Shown one piece after another: positions 39,599-49,607 of a stretch of 64,000 bases of DNA (the first letter of the stretch is position 1; every line of letters begins with the position of its first letter). The DNA is from a phage. Under the pieces are notes generated by a model that worked only from the letters and a program-made list of their open reading frames with translations, did not search any database and was not told where the DNA came from. The position numbers and the translations under genes were made by a program. The stretch lies in sequence record PX393108.1. One strand, 5' to 3'.

Positions 39599-39610
39599 AA
39601 AGGCCTCCTA

Positions 39611-39823
39611 TCATTTTTGTCCTGTATTTACTTTGTGCCGATGCACGGCCTTAACTTTATCAAGGTATTTTTCAAAATTTCGCAATCTAGTATAGTCTGC
39701 CGGAGATTGGTTGAGTGATACTTCTCGACGCAAAGCTGAAATGATATTTCCAACTTCCCTACGAATTTCATCTAATTGAAGAACAGTAAGATTGCGAAGT
39801 TGCTTTTCAGTTAATTGTAGCAT
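39611..39823 (-). CDS. Hypothetical protein (rI.1-like)
   Basis: 70-aa ORF between tk and rI. Confidence 0.4.
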
Positions 39824-39865
39824 ATATACCCCTTTAGTTAGATAAACCTATTTATAACTTTTGCA

Positions 39866-40447
39866 CTAACCGAGCTTTTTAGTTAATTCATTCCAATGTT
39901 TTCTACACAAAGAAACATAAATTTCATCACCAATACAGATTTGATTACCTTCTTTAACTGGTGTTCCATCTTCCATTAATCGAGCTGTCATAATAGCTTT
40001 TTTACCACAATGACAAACTGCTTTTAGTTCAATAAGTTTATCTGCAATCGCCAAAAGTTCTTTAGAACCTTCAAATAATTTTCCAGCGAAATCAGTCCTT
40101 AGCCCATAAGCCATAACAGGAACATTGTATGTATCGACAATTCGGCTTAATTGATGCACCTGTTCAGTTTTTAAAAACTGAGCTTCATCTACAAATACGC
40201 AATGAATATCTTTTTGTGCTTCAGCCCATTTATAGAACTCAAAAATATCCATATCATCCGTAATAATATTCGCTTCCTGCTTAATTCCAATGCGAGAAAC
40301 GACTTCACAGACAGAATCGCGAGTATCAATAGCAGGTTTAAGAACTAATACACCCATTCCGCGTTCTTTATAATTATGCGCAGCAGTCAAAAGAGAAGCA
40401 GATTTTCCAGCATTCATTGCTGCATAAGTAAAAATTAAACTCGCCAT
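39866..40447 (-). CDS. tk: Thymidine kinase
   Basis: 193 aa; P-loop AMNAGKS; C-terminal zinc ribbon CHCG ... C. Confidence 0.9.
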   Translation of the reverse strand: MASLIFTYAAMNAGKSASLLTAAHNYKERGMGVLVLKPAIDTRDSVCEVVSRIGIKQEANIITDDMDIFEFYKWAEAQKDIHCVFVDEAQFLKTEQVHQLSRIVDTYNVPVMAYGLRTDFAGKLFEGSKELLAIADKLIELKAVCHCGKKAIMTARLMEDGTPVKEGNQICIGDEIYVSLCRKHWNELTKKLG

Positions 40448-40456
40448 ATCACCTTC

Positions 40457-40663
40457 TTAAAGCGTATTCACATAAGCTATTAATTCGTTTTCTTTCTTAT
40501 CAAACCGGTCAGCAAATTCTTCTTGCTGTTCGGGAGATAGCGGGCCGTATTCATCATAAAAGGTGTTTGCTTCTGTATGCTCATCTAGAAGTTCATGGAT
40601 AAGCTCAAACAATTTATCTTTTTGTTCTTTACTCAGACTCATAACCATGTAACCTTTAAGCAA
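40457..40663 (-). CDS. Hypothetical protein
   Basis: ORF track, 68 aa. Confidence 0.4.
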   Translation of the reverse strand: MLKGYMVMSLSKEQKDKLFELIHELLDEHTEANTFYDEYGPLSPEQQEEFADRFDKKENELIAYVNTL

Positions 40664-40851
40664 TATTCTTCTACATGTTGTTTACGACCTTTCCTATCAA
40701 TAAAGGTATATTCAACGAATGTTCCAATATAGTCTTTATCTACATCATGAGGACTATTAATTGGGCATTTAGTACGGCAAATGCGTTCCCATTGACGAAT
40801 AATTTCCGCTTTGTTTTTAGGATCAAACGGATGCGGGTAATGTACTTTCAT
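40639..40851 (-). CDS. Hypothetical protein
   Basis: ORF track, 70 aa. Confidence 0.4.
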   Translation of the reverse strand: MKVHYPHPFDPKNKAEIIRQWERICRTKCPINSPHDVDKDYIGTFVEYTFIDRKGRKQHVEEYCLKVTWL

Positions 40852-41302
40852 AATCCACCACTATCAAATCAATATCAGGAGTAAACATGTCGATTAATTT
40901 AGAAACCTTATCCCAATCACCGCCAGCAATACCACAACCTATGCGTGGAATATAAATTACTGGTTTAAACAAAAGGGTCTCTGCCTGTAGATTTAATTCT
41001 ATCATGCAATTTACTAAAGCACCATAATCAAGATTAGGACCCGGTTCGTATTGCGTATACAGGTTATAGCATATACCAAATCCCGTAGGACTATGTTTAA
41101 AAACAATAGACATATCGCCTAATTTATCGCGAGAACCGTACTCGGTAGTAGTTTTATCTATTTCTAAAATTTTGGGATAGGCTCTTGCTAATTGACCTGC
41201 CACACCTGAACCCATAGTATGAAAGCAGTTGCACCCGTGCGCAATAATATTACCTTGAAGAAATAGGGCGACAATATCGCCCTTGATATATTTTACAATC
41301 AT
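40823..41302 (-). CDS. Putative macrodomain (ADP-ribose binding/processing) protein
   Basis: 159 aa; KGDIVAL ... NIIAHGCNC ... MGSGVAGQLA and IPRIGCGIAGGDWDKV resemble macrodomain glycine-rich motifs. Confidence 0.5.
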   Translation of the reverse strand: MIVKYIKGDIVALFLQGNIIAHGCNCFHTMGSGVAGQLARAYPKILEIDKTTTEYGSRDKLGDMSIVFKHSPTGFGICYNLYTQYEPGPNLDYGALVNCMIELNLQAETLLFKPVIYIPRIGCGIAGGDWDKVSKLIDMFTPDIDLIVVDYESTLPASV

Positions 41303-41640
41303 CTAGTACTCAATCCTCGATTATAAGAATCTACCAAACGGTCAACCATTGAATGACAAGCGGCTTTATCTTTCTCCTCCGCAACTGAACATTCTAAGGT
41401 ATTCCACTTTTTAGCATATCGTTTTAATAAAGTATCGTTCTTGTATCTGCTTGATTTATCTCTTTCTCCGTCTTTATATGCATATATTAATTTCTGCGCA
41501 AATTCAGCTTGGCATGCTTTATTTTTCCCGCAATAATCCGCGGCAGTACGGTTTACATACTCTCTAATTTCAGTATATGATGTATTTGCTAACGCAGAAA
41601 ATGAAATTAATCCTATACATAAAACCAAAATTTTAGTCAT
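41299..41640 (-). CDS. Hypothetical secreted protein
   Basis: 113 aa; signal peptide MTKILVLCIGLISFSALA. Confidence 0.45.
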   Translation of the reverse strand: MTKILVLCIGLISFSALANTSYTEIREYVNRTAADYCGKNKACQAEFAQKLIYAYKDGERDKSSRYKNDTLLKRYAKKWNTLECSVAEEKDKAACHSMVDRLVDSYNRGLSTR

Positions 41641-42178
41641 TTACTATTTCCAAAAGTTTATTATTTTTAAGGTAGTTAGCCTTTTCTAGGACTTCAGAAG
41701 CATATTTAGAACCTGCTTTAACATTCCATCCCGAATTATAAGAGGATATAGCCTTTCTTATATCGCCCTTATGTATATTTAACCAATAAGAAAGTTCAAT
41801 GTACGCCCAGGAAGCTGAATTGGACCGTTTATTCAACATTCTTTTTATTTCGGCATCGGTCATATTATAACCAAGTTCCTTAACTCTTGCTCGCATAGTA
41901 GGCAAATAATTTTGGAACATTCCGTAGGCATGATGCTTTGGTTTAGATTTTAAATTAACTCCGGCAGAGCTTTCTTGCCATAAAATAGCAGCCATTATAT
42001 GACCTAATCCGCTCTTATGGATATTTTTGTGTGTTTTATATTTTCCATCCTTAGAAAATTGTTCCCCGAATTGATACGCGTAACGCATGTTATCGAGTTG
42101 GACATTACTGAAAGTATGCTCGGAGCTATGTGCCATCATTGAAATGGCCAATAGACCAGCGAGTAGTGCTTTTCTCAT
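41633..42178 (-). CDS. Putative secreted lytic transglycosylase-like protein
   Basis: 181 aa; signal peptide; WQESS and SSYNSGWN motifs resembling SLT domain. Confidence 0.45.
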   Translation of the reverse strand: MRKALLAGLLAISMMAHSSEHTFSNVQLDNMRYAYQFGEQFSKDGKYKTHKNIHKSGLGHIMAAILWQESSAGVNLKSKPKHHAYGMFQNYLPTMRARVKELGYNMTDAEIKRMLNKRSNSASWAYIELSYWLNIHKGDIRKAISSYNSGWNVKAGSKYASEVLEKANYLKNNKLLEIVND

Positions 42179-42185
42179 GCTTACC

Positions 42186-42647
42186 TCATTGAGTTTTAAT
42201 TACTGCTTTAGAAGCCTTTCCCGGTAAACGACGACTATTGATAATTGCCATCCTGCACTGAAGTGACGGGTCTTTGAACTTCGCATTAGGTTTACAAACT
42301 GTAAATCCAAGCCAAAGATTTCCATCTGTGATTTCTAAACGCCCAGGACGATATTCAACCCCATCAATAAAATCCTCGTCAATGTCAGGACGCGGAGGCA
42401 TACTCAGGAATTCATTAACTTCTAAAACATGGTCTTTTATTTTATGGAATAATTCAAAAACATATGTCTCATCAATCTCCCGTTGAATTGCACGATCAAG
42501 AAGATGCTGAGAATATTTTAGATGAAACGATGAGACCCCTGCTGCTTTTGATGCCTCACGAATCTCATTGTTAATTTGACGAAACTCCGACTCAAAGTGA
42601 CGACGGAGCTTATTTCGACGGATAAAAACTTCTGTGTTGATAGTCAT
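42186..42647 (-). CDS. regB: Endoribonuclease RegB
   Basis: 153 aa; MTINTEVFIRRNKLRRHFESEF matches recalled T4 RegB; early promoter upstream. Confidence 0.85.
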   Translation of the reverse strand: MTINTEVFIRRNKLRRHFESEFRQINNEIREASKAAGVSSFHLKYSQHLLDRAIQREIDETYVFELFHKIKDHVLEVNEFLSMPPRPDIDEDFIDGVEYRPGRLEITDGNLWLGFTVCKPNAKFKDPSLQCRMAIINSRRLPGKASKAVIKTQ

Positions 42648-42671
42648 GTTATTCTCCTCTTAACTGATAGA

Positions 42672-42706
42672 AAAATTATACCACAGTCAAGAGGAAAAGT
42701 AAACAG
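42672..42706 (-). promoter_or_regulatory. T4-type early promoter upstream of regB
   Basis: GTTTAC ... TGGTATAAT on minus strand. Confidence 0.55.
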
Positions 42707-43027
42707 TTATTCTTTAAATCTAATCAATTTATTCATAGACTTTGTAACTTCTGCACGAACCTCATGTAGGTTTTTGAGCTGTTCAAGACGTTGCTCATAG
42801 TAAGCAATTTCATCTTCTTCGAGACAGTCCTGTGAATCTTCTTTAAGATAACGTGCATAGTCCTGGAAAGCTTTACGGACTACTTCCTGGAAGTCATCAA
42901 GACTTTGAATTTTCTTAGGAGCAACAGATACACGACGAGGGGCAGTATAATACTCATAACCAAACCCTGCGCTTAATTGAGCCATTAATATTTTTCCTCT
43001 GGTTGGAACACAGCACGACAAGCCCAC
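42707..43027 (-). CDS. Hypothetical protein (vs.3-like)
   Basis: ORF track, 106 aa. Confidence 0.4.
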   Translation of the reverse strand: MGLSCCVPTRGKILMAQLSAGFGYEYYTAPRRVSVAPKKIQSLDDFQEVVRKAFQDYARYLKEDSQDCLEEDEIAYYEQRLEQLKNLHEVRAEVTKSMNKLIRFKE

Positions 43028-43251
43028 ATACTGGCTTCTTTGAGTTTCGTTTTAGCAATAGTTAACTGATCAAGACTTTCAGCATAATTCTTTGCGAATT
43101 CACAGTCTTCACAATTATCTAGTGCTTCCCAGAATTCATCATACAAAGCATCAAAGATAAGTCCTAAACGAACTTCAGCATCTTTGATAGCATTCACTTT
43201 ACCGATTTTCTCTTCAGTGTGCGGCTTATAACCCTTAATATCTTCAATCAT
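42985..43251 (-). CDS. Hypothetical protein (vs.4 position; possible Acb2-like)
   Basis: 88-aa ORF upstream of regB by position only. Confidence 0.35.
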   Translation of the reverse strand: MIEDIKGYKPHTEEKIGKVNAIKDAEVRLGLIFDALYDEFWEALDNCEDCEFAKNYAESLDQLTIAKTKLKEASMWACRAVFQPEEKY

Positions 43252-43465
43252 ATTCTACTTCCTCACCAGTACATAAATCATATTCAACTAAACGAATAGG
43301 TTCATGAATGCCATATCCCTGAACAGAAATTTCTGTCGTAGGATAAATTCCATCAATATCACCCATATTCCATGCTTCATTAAATTGCTGTTCGCCTGAA
43401 TTACTAAACCACTCGGCGAAAGCATTTAGCACATCTTTAGAACCTTCAATAATTATCTTTGCCAT
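43244..43465 (-). CDS. Hypothetical protein
   Basis: ORF track, 73 aa. Confidence 0.4.
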   Translation of the reverse strand: MAKIIIEGSKDVLNAFAEWFSNSGEQQFNEAWNMGDIDGIYPTTEISVQGYGIHEPIRLVEYDLCTGEEVEYD

Positions 43466-43839
43466 TACAGACTCTCGGTAAAGGTACGAGCGATAACGTC
43501 GCGCTGCTGTTCCGGAGTCAGAGAGTTAAAGCGAACTGCATAACCGGATACACGGATGGTCAGCTGCGGATATTTTTCCGGATGCTTAACTGCATCTTCC
43601 AGAGTTTCACGACGCAGAACGTTAACGTTCAGGTGTTGACCACCTTCAATTTTAACTGTAGGTTGTGTTTCAATTTCAATTTCACGGGCATGCAAACCGT
43701 AGAAAATTTCTGGGTCTACAAAAGAGTCCTCTTTAAAGGTTTTAGAGACAATAATTCGTGCTTGAATACCGTCTTCAAAATAAATAGTACCTTTATGCGT
43801 GCCTTCAAGAATTTGATATGCTTTCATATAACCTCTCAA
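43465..43839 (-). CDS. Autonomous glycyl radical cofactor (GrcA/YfiD-like)
   Basis: 124 aa; C-terminus [29 protein letters not shown] carries the glycyl radical motif. Confidence 0.8.
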   Translation of the reverse strand: MRGYMKAYQILEGTHKGTIYFEDGIQARIIVSKTFKEDSFVDPEIFYGLHAREIEIETQPTVKIEGGQHLNVNVLRRETLEDAVKHPEKYPQLTIRVSGYAVRFNSLTPEQQRDVIARTFTESL

Positions 43840-44216
43840 TTAGAAAATAAATTTATCCAAGACTGTTCTTTAATTAAAAATGGCTCAGAATCATATGCCA
43901 TTAAACTTTGGGTGATTAGTCCTTTAAAAGGTCCATCAATAAATTCCATGGTAAAATATGGAATTTTATTCATTAATCTTGCATTAGGAGCAGTACACAA
44001 AACTCTGCATCCTTTGAATACGCCTTTTTGTAATTTGTATTGCTTAGGATAAAATTCGCTCAAGACGTTGTTATTTGCCAAAATTTCAAAATGATTCACC
44101 AATTTATTTTTAATAGTTTTTGGCGAAAAATAAAGATATTCGAAAAGTTGCGTATCTGTCATCATTGCATCCCAATTACGAAAAACTGTGGACGAGTAAT
44201 ACCACCAATGCAACAT
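43836..44216 (-). CDS. Hypothetical protein
   Basis: ORF track, 126 aa. Confidence 0.4.
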   Translation of the reverse strand: MLHWWYYSSTVFRNWDAMMTDTQLFEYLYFSPKTIKNKLVNHFEILANNNVLSEFYPKQYKLQKGVFKGCRVLCTAPNARLMNKIPYFTMEFIDGPFKGLITQSLMAYDSEPFLIKEQSWINLFSN

Positions 44217-44701
44217 TTACTATTGCAGCAGTGTTGCACAGTTTCAATATGAATATCGTAAATTTTATCCATATCAGGAGATTTAACAGGCTCATCAATT
44301 ATATACAAAATTCGTGAAAGCGATAAACCTCTGAACTTGCTACCTCTATTACCAACAAAACTACGGACAGAATCAGTAAATAAACGGAATCGAATATCAT
44401 CATTAGAATAACGTGAAAATTCTTTTTTAATGTGGCCCGCAGAAATTTTAGCGTAAGCTGAAGTATTAGAAAGAACAATAACTGTTCCACCGTCATACAA
44501 CCAATTAGCGGCAAAATTAGTTACTGCAGTTGATTTACCGGATTGACGTCCACCATCTAAACGAAGTGTGCAATACTGCTTAAGTAAGTCTTCAAATGGT
44601 GGGATATAATCGTTTTTACAAATTTCTTCTACTCTAGCATCAGAATGGTGTGTAAAAGCATTCATCAGGGATAGATAAGGACCAGTTAAAAATGTTCTCA
44701 T
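44162..44701 (-). CDS. Hypothetical P-loop NTPase (start moved to MRTFLTGPY)
   Basis: Walker A GGRQSGKST and DEP-type Walker B-like YIIDEP; ORF 44162..44749 trimmed. Confidence 0.4.
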   Translation of the reverse strand: MRTFLTGPYLSLMNAFTHHSDARVEEICKNDYIPPFEDLLKQYCTLRLDGGRQSGKSTAVTNFAANWLYDGGTVIVLSNTSAYAKISAGHIKKEFSRYSNDDIRFRLFTDSVRSFVGNRGSKFRGLSLSRILYIIDEPVKSPDMDKIYDIHIETVQHCCNSKCCIGGITRPQFFVIGMQ

Positions 44702-44842
44702 TTTATTCTCTCTAAATTTGGGCCATTCCATGGCGCATGAATTGTCCATTTCTGTATTTACCCATTACCGCACTTGGGCTCGACCTTATTACAGGTTGGC
44801 GGGAATCCCTCACAGAATCATGAGGTCCAGGTTGTTCCCATA

Positions 44843-45316
44843 TTATTTGAATGATTTGACGTACTGAATAGAACCTTTACTATTCACGAAAGCGATTTTA
44901 CCATTCTTATTATACATGGTAGCAGTACGCTGATAGCCATAAGTTTGCTTACCAGATTGATAACCAACTAATGCGAAATTATCTTCACCCATTTTATTCT
45001 GTTTAGCACGAATACGTTCATGACCGTGTGCCATAAGAACCTTAGCATCACCAGTTGAAATTGATCTACGAGTTTTTTCATCTTCAACTGTATTAACAAA
45101 GTCGTCAAATGAATCAAATTTAGCATGGGATTTATTATACAGTTTTCCATCTACTGCATAATTATATCCCTGTACATCCATCTCAACTTCTGTACCATCA
45201 TCCAATACAGCAGTGATTTTTTGACCTTTTTTAAATTTCAAAAGATCAGTAAAAGATTCAGCAATAATTTGAGAATTAATAGCTGCTTCAGTAATAAATT
45301 CTTGATATGTTTTCAT
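44843..45316 (-). CDS. Internal protein (IPIII-like) with capsid targeting sequence
   Basis: 157 aa; N-terminus MKTYQEFITEAA with (I/L)-x-E prohead protease site. Confidence 0.65.
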   Translation of the reverse strand: MKTYQEFITEAAINSQIIAESFTDLLKFKKGQKITAVLDDGTEVEMDVQGYNYAVDGKLYNKSHAKFDSFDDFVNTVEDEKTRRSISTGDAKVLMAHGHERIRAKQNKMGEDNFALVGYQSGKQTYGYQRTATMYNKNGKIAFVNSKGSIQYVKSFK

Positions 45317-45330
45317 GTGTATCCTTTAAT

Positions 45331-45648
45331 TTATTCTTTAGGGAAGTTTTTAGAATATGCATCATAAAGCTTATTTCCAATACGGCGGAAAACTCTAGCC
45401 GCAAAACGATTTTCTGGGTTTTTAATCATGATTTGCATCATATAAGTACCCGCGTCAGAAAGAGCTTCTTCATAGTACCCATTAATTTCTTTAAGAGTCC
45501 TACGTTTACCACCAGGACCATCAACAGTAATTTTCCATTTACCTGTAGAAGTGCGGCTCGGTGGCTCAACTTGTTCAATCCAAATATAACCTCCTTCTAC
45601 ACGTTGTCCTTGGGCAGATTCTGCAATAAATTCTTTATACGTTTTCAT
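45331..45648 (-). CDS. Internal protein (IPII-like) with capsid targeting sequence
   Basis: 105 aa; N-terminus MKTYKEFIAESA. Confidence 0.65.
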   Translation of the reverse strand: MKTYKEFIAESAQGQRVEGGYIWIEQVEPPSRTSTGKWKITVDGPGGKRRTLKEINGYYEEALSDAGTYMMQIMIKNPENRFAARVFRRIGNKLYDAYSKNFPKE

Positions 45649-45657
45649 ATGTTTCCT

Positions 45658-46074
45658 TTAAATGTAAATATTTTTGCCGTAATACTTGTACCAGTGTGGC
45701 TTTATTAAAATTTTTTCATCGAGTCGTTGTTGACTCAATTTAATAGCTGATTTGCATGGATTATAATCATTTTTCCATTCTGCTGGAATATCGCTGATGT
45801 CGGGAACTTCAGTATCTTTTATACTAAACCCACGTTTTAAGCATTCCGTTATAATGTCTGATTGACGCTTTCGCAAAAATTCTAACTTATCGTAAAAGAA
45901 CGTAACATGACCAGAACCTAAAATAAACTCGGAAGATATTTTAAAATCTTTAACCCGCTTACCATTTGCCACGTGTTTACGAACTATACCAAAAACACGT
46001 GGCAATTCACGGTATTCTGCGATTAAATGCTGATCAGCAAGTTCAGATACTAAAGTCAAATTAATACGAGTCAT
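45658..46074 (-). CDS. denV: Endonuclease V (pyrimidine dimer glycosylase)
   Basis: 138 aa; [17 protein letters not shown] ... WYKYYG close to recalled T4 EndoV. Confidence 0.9.
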   Translation of the reverse strand: MTRINLTLVSELADQHLIAEYRELPRVFGIVRKHVANGKRVKDFKISSEFILGSGHVTFFYDKLEFLRKRQSDIITECLKRGFSIKDTEVPDISDIPAEWKNDYNPCKSAIKLSQQRLDEKILIKPHWYKYYGKNIYI

Positions 46075-46096
46075 TTTATCCCTCCAAGTAACTGTG

Positions 46097-46132
46097 AATA
46101 TACTATCACAGTTTTAGGAGAAAGTAAACAAC
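46097..46132 (-). promoter_or_regulatory. T4-type early promoter upstream of denV
   Basis: GTTTAC ... TGTGATAGTATAT on minus strand. Confidence 0.5.
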
Positions 46133-46133
46133 T

Positions 46134-46664
<531 letters not shown>

Positions 46665-47120
46665 TTAAAAGAGGCTGTTCATTATTCGGTAAAGTGAAGG
46701 ACCCATCACATATTGCCACTGAGTACGAGGAATAAGAGCAAAAGCATCCATCTCTGGAATCATAACGCCATCTTTATTTTCAAAATAAGACTCACAACGG
46801 CAATTTCTGAACATCTCATGCTCTACTGGAATCGTATAATAAAATAACTGTAAGTCTTTATTACTAGAATATTTAAATACACCTAGGTCTTCTAGAAGGT
46901 CTGGATTATAATTGTTAAAACCAGTCTCTTCTGAGCATTCTCTTCGTGCTGCATCTAATGCGCTTAAATCAGAATTTTCTACACGCCCCTTTGGAATATC
47001 CCAGCGATGTGCCATCATTCCAGGCTTACGAGAACCAGTAACTCGTCCCATAAATAAATCTTTATCTTCTGTCATAAAGATAATACCAGCTGATAATGTT
47101 TTCATTTTAATTTCCTGCAT
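46665..47120 (-). CDS. nudE: Nudix hydrolase NudE
   Basis: 151 aa; Nudix box GRVENSDLSALDAARRECSEETGF. Confidence 0.8.
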   Translation of the reverse strand: MQEIKMKTLSAGIIFMTEDKDLFMGRVTGSRKPGMMAHRWDIPKGRVENSDLSALDAARRECSEETGFNNYNPDLLEDLGVFKYSSNKDLQLFYYTIPVEHEMFRNCRCESYFENKDGVMIPEMDAFALIPRTQWQYVMGPSLYRIMNSLF

Positions 47121-47590
47121 TCAGTGATAAAGTTATTTAAATTTTGAGTATATTTCTTTTCATCAAAAATCTTTTGTTGTCTGCGTAGCCGCCATGGCAT
47201 TTCAATGAACGCGTACCATATCCCAGATAATATTGCTGCTGTAAAAATATTAACAAGTATGGTTAAAATAATCCAATCTCCCGTTCTGCCTACTGGACTT
47301 TCTCCAAAGAAGCAAAATACAAATGATGTCACAGGAAAACTAATAATGTACCACAGAATCATAATTTTATCTGTGAACCAATCAGCGTTCGTTAATTTAG
47401 CGCGACCATTATGAATACACACGAATTTATCATCTGTTGCAGTAGATGGCTTAACTGGTTGATATCCCATTCTAAACTCCCTAATTAATCGTTTCTTTGT
47501 ATCTTCAGAACAGCCGCTCCAGTCAACTCTATCGACTGAAATGCCATCGTCCCCATCATCTAAATCATACCAGCGAGTTTTTAAAATCAT
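47102..47590 (-). CDS. Hypothetical membrane protein (e.2 position), paralog family member
   Basis: 162 aa; two TM helices; C-terminal FITECRKLK. Confidence 0.45.
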   Translation of the reverse strand: MILKTRWYDLDDGDDGISVDRVDWSGCSEDTKKRLIREFRMGYQPVKPSTATDDKFVCIHNGRAKLTNADWFTDKIMILWYIISFPVTSFVFCFFGESPVGRTGDWIILTILVNIFTAAILSGIWYAFIEMPWRLRRQQKIFDEKKYTQNLNNFITECRKLK

Positions 47591-47949
47591 TTAATTTTCC
47601 TACAATCACTCACAAACTCTTCCATTGATTCATTTTCAATATAAGACATGTAGTTATTATATTCTTTTAATTGTATTTTGTAATCCTTTTTTCTTTGCCA
47701 ATTTATTTTAAAATTATCATAATGAAAATATAGCATGGTACCAAAGAATGAAAATAATGTAATCGCTATAGTAAAACGAAGTTCACTCCAAACCTCTGTT
47801 ATAATTGCTGAACCATCGATGTTTAAAATAATACAGTCAATTAACAATCCAATAAGACTACCAGCAAGAGCTGCAAATACTGACACGGCAAGAATTAATA
47901 GTGCCTCGGGAAACGAATATTTGACTTTATTTAGTTTTGGCTTTTGCAT
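47587..47949 (-). CDS. Hypothetical membrane protein (e.3 position), paralog family member
   Basis: 120 aa; two TM helices; C-terminal FVSDCRKIK. Confidence 0.45.
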   Translation of the reverse strand: MQKPKLNKVKYSFPEALLILAVSVFAALAGSLIGLLIDCIILNIDGSAIITEVWSELRFTIAITLFSFFGTMLYFHYDNFKINWQRKKDYKIQLKEYNNYMSYIENESMEEFVSDCRKIK

Positions 47950-48344
47950 CGTGATTCCTTAACAAATTTCATAATTTCATTAAATTCATACTCAGCAAGT
48001 TTAAGCTGGTGTTCCTTTTTAATCTTTTTACACTGTGCTTTCCAATCACGTACACGTTTACGATAATGTCTTCCTTGATACCAATATCCTATCCAATTTA
48101 CAGGTACTAATAAAAGTGGAACTATTAATGGAAGAATTAGCATTAACACAAGTATTTCGCCAGAATCAATATCAGTCATAACATCTAAAACACCTCCAAT
48201 AATCAATAGAATTACAAATGATATGAGTATAACAGGACCTATTAATACATCAGTAGGAATTAGCTGACGCTTTAGTTCATACTTCACAGGTTTACTTGGA
48301 AGGTATAGTGATGGCTTTGACATATTCTCTACATTCCTTAACAA
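47931..48344 (-). CDS. Hypothetical membrane protein (e.4 position), paralog family member
   Basis: 137 aa; two TM helices; C-terminal FVKESRCK. Confidence 0.45.
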   Translation of the reverse strand: MLRNVENMSKPSLYLPSKPVKYELKRQLIPTDVLIGPVILISFVILLIIGGVLDVMTDIDSGEILVLMLILPLIVPLLLVPVNWIGYWYQGRHYRKRVRDWKAQCKKIKKEHQLKLAEYEFNEIMKFVKESRCKSQN

Positions 48345-48897
48345 ATTTTTCTAATAATAAATCGCTTTCAAAATTAGGATTTTCCACGAATTTATCAAAA
48401 AGATCATCAACGATAGTTAAGATATTCTTTTTACTAAGAATACGCTTATTTTCATATTTTGTTTCAGAGTCAACTATAAGAGTAAAGAAATATTTCTTTC
48501 CCTGAAATTTTACCGTAGTATCAATATAGAACAAATTTGACTTTTGTAAATTACGTTTAAACCATGCGTCACTTAAACTGTAAACGCCAAGATAATCATA
48601 ATCGTCATTTAAATAACAAACTGTCCATTCAGGAGAAATGAAATCAGTAAATTCAACATCAAAATCACACGTCAATGAATGAATTGATTCAATACTTTTA
48701 ATGAGTATTCCAGGACGTATTAAAGACTTTTTACCTTTATAAAATCCAGAAAGACTTTCATCAGTTTCATATGAAGACCCCCAATAGTAATTACGTCCTT
48801 CTGCCATACGTTTAAGAGCATTTAGTAATTGGTCTGGAACATCAATCTGTCTTTGGAACTCTTCAAACATTGAATTGAAATCACTTTGCATTTTCAT
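48292..48897 (-). CDS. Hypothetical protein (e.5 position)
   Basis: 201 aa; C-terminal FVKECREYV motif similar to upstream membrane paralogs. Confidence 0.45.
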   Translation of the reverse strand: MKMQSDFNSMFEEFQRQIDVPDQLLNALKRMAEGRNYYWGSSYETDESLSGFYKGKKSLIRPGILIKSIESIHSLTCDFDVEFTDFISPEWTVCYLNDDYDYLGVYSLSDAWFKRNLQKSNLFYIDTTVKFQGKKYFFTLIVDSETKYENKRILSKKNILTIVDDLFDKFVENPNFESDLLLEKFVKECREYVKAITIPSK

Positions 48898-48917
48898 TCC
48901 TATTTACTCCAAGTAAT

Positions 48918-48938
48918 AGGGGCCGAAGCCCCTTATCA
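48918..48938 (-). terminator. C(UUCG)G tetraloop hairpin
   Basis: AAGGGGC-UUCG-GCCCCUA on minus-strand transcript. Confidence 0.45.
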
Positions 48939-49532
48939 TTATTTCAGAGAATTAATGTATTCCTGAACATCGGCAGAGGTAGTTTCAACCCCGGAAATAT
49001 TACCGTTAAAGGTTTCAACTCGAGCAAGGGTATCTTCAATATCAACCTTAGTCAGTGCTGCAATTTCAACTACATCATCGGCAGTACTAATTCCAAGAGC
49101 ATTTGCCGCACGAGTTTCACGGATATATTCCAATTTAACCGCAAGTTCTTGGCGAGCATCATCTAACTCAACTACTTTCTTGGCGATTTCAATTCGCATT
49201 TCAGCATAACCGTCAGCTTTAGTAGTCAACTGCTCAGCTGTTCGACGATATAGCAAACCGAGTTTAGCATGCATTGTTACATCTTGACCTTCGGAAAGAA
49301 GTTTACGAATTTCACGCTCTTTTGATTCGGCCTGTCGATTCTTTTCGATAACAAGTTCACGAATACGTTTTTCTTCATTAATAGATTTAATAGAAGCAGT
49401 TTTTAGATCTTTAATTTTATCAAGTAATTTTGCTGCTGCAGCAGTATACTGTTCTTCGACAGATAGATTTTTAGCCATAGCAGAACCAAGTTTAGTGCGA
49501 ATAAACTCAACAATTTTCTTCAGTGTGTTCAT
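48939..49532 (-). CDS. Hypothetical coiled-coil protein (e.6 position)
   Basis: ORF track, 197 aa. Confidence 0.45.
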   Translation of the reverse strand: MNTLKKIVEFIRTKLGSAMAKNLSVEEQYTAAAAKLLDKIKDLKTASIKSINEEKRIRELVIEKNRQAESKEREIRKLLSEGQDVTMHAKLGLLYRRTAEQLTTKADGYAEMRIEIAKKVVELDDARQELAVKLEYIRETRAANALGISTADDVVEIAALTKVDIEDTLARVETFNGNISGVETTSADVQEYINSLK

Positions 49533-49607
49533 AGTATTTCCTTAGGTTAATTGAGATTTAAAATCCGTTGGAGTATTATATCTTGTTCTCCGAGGGATGT
49601 AAACATG

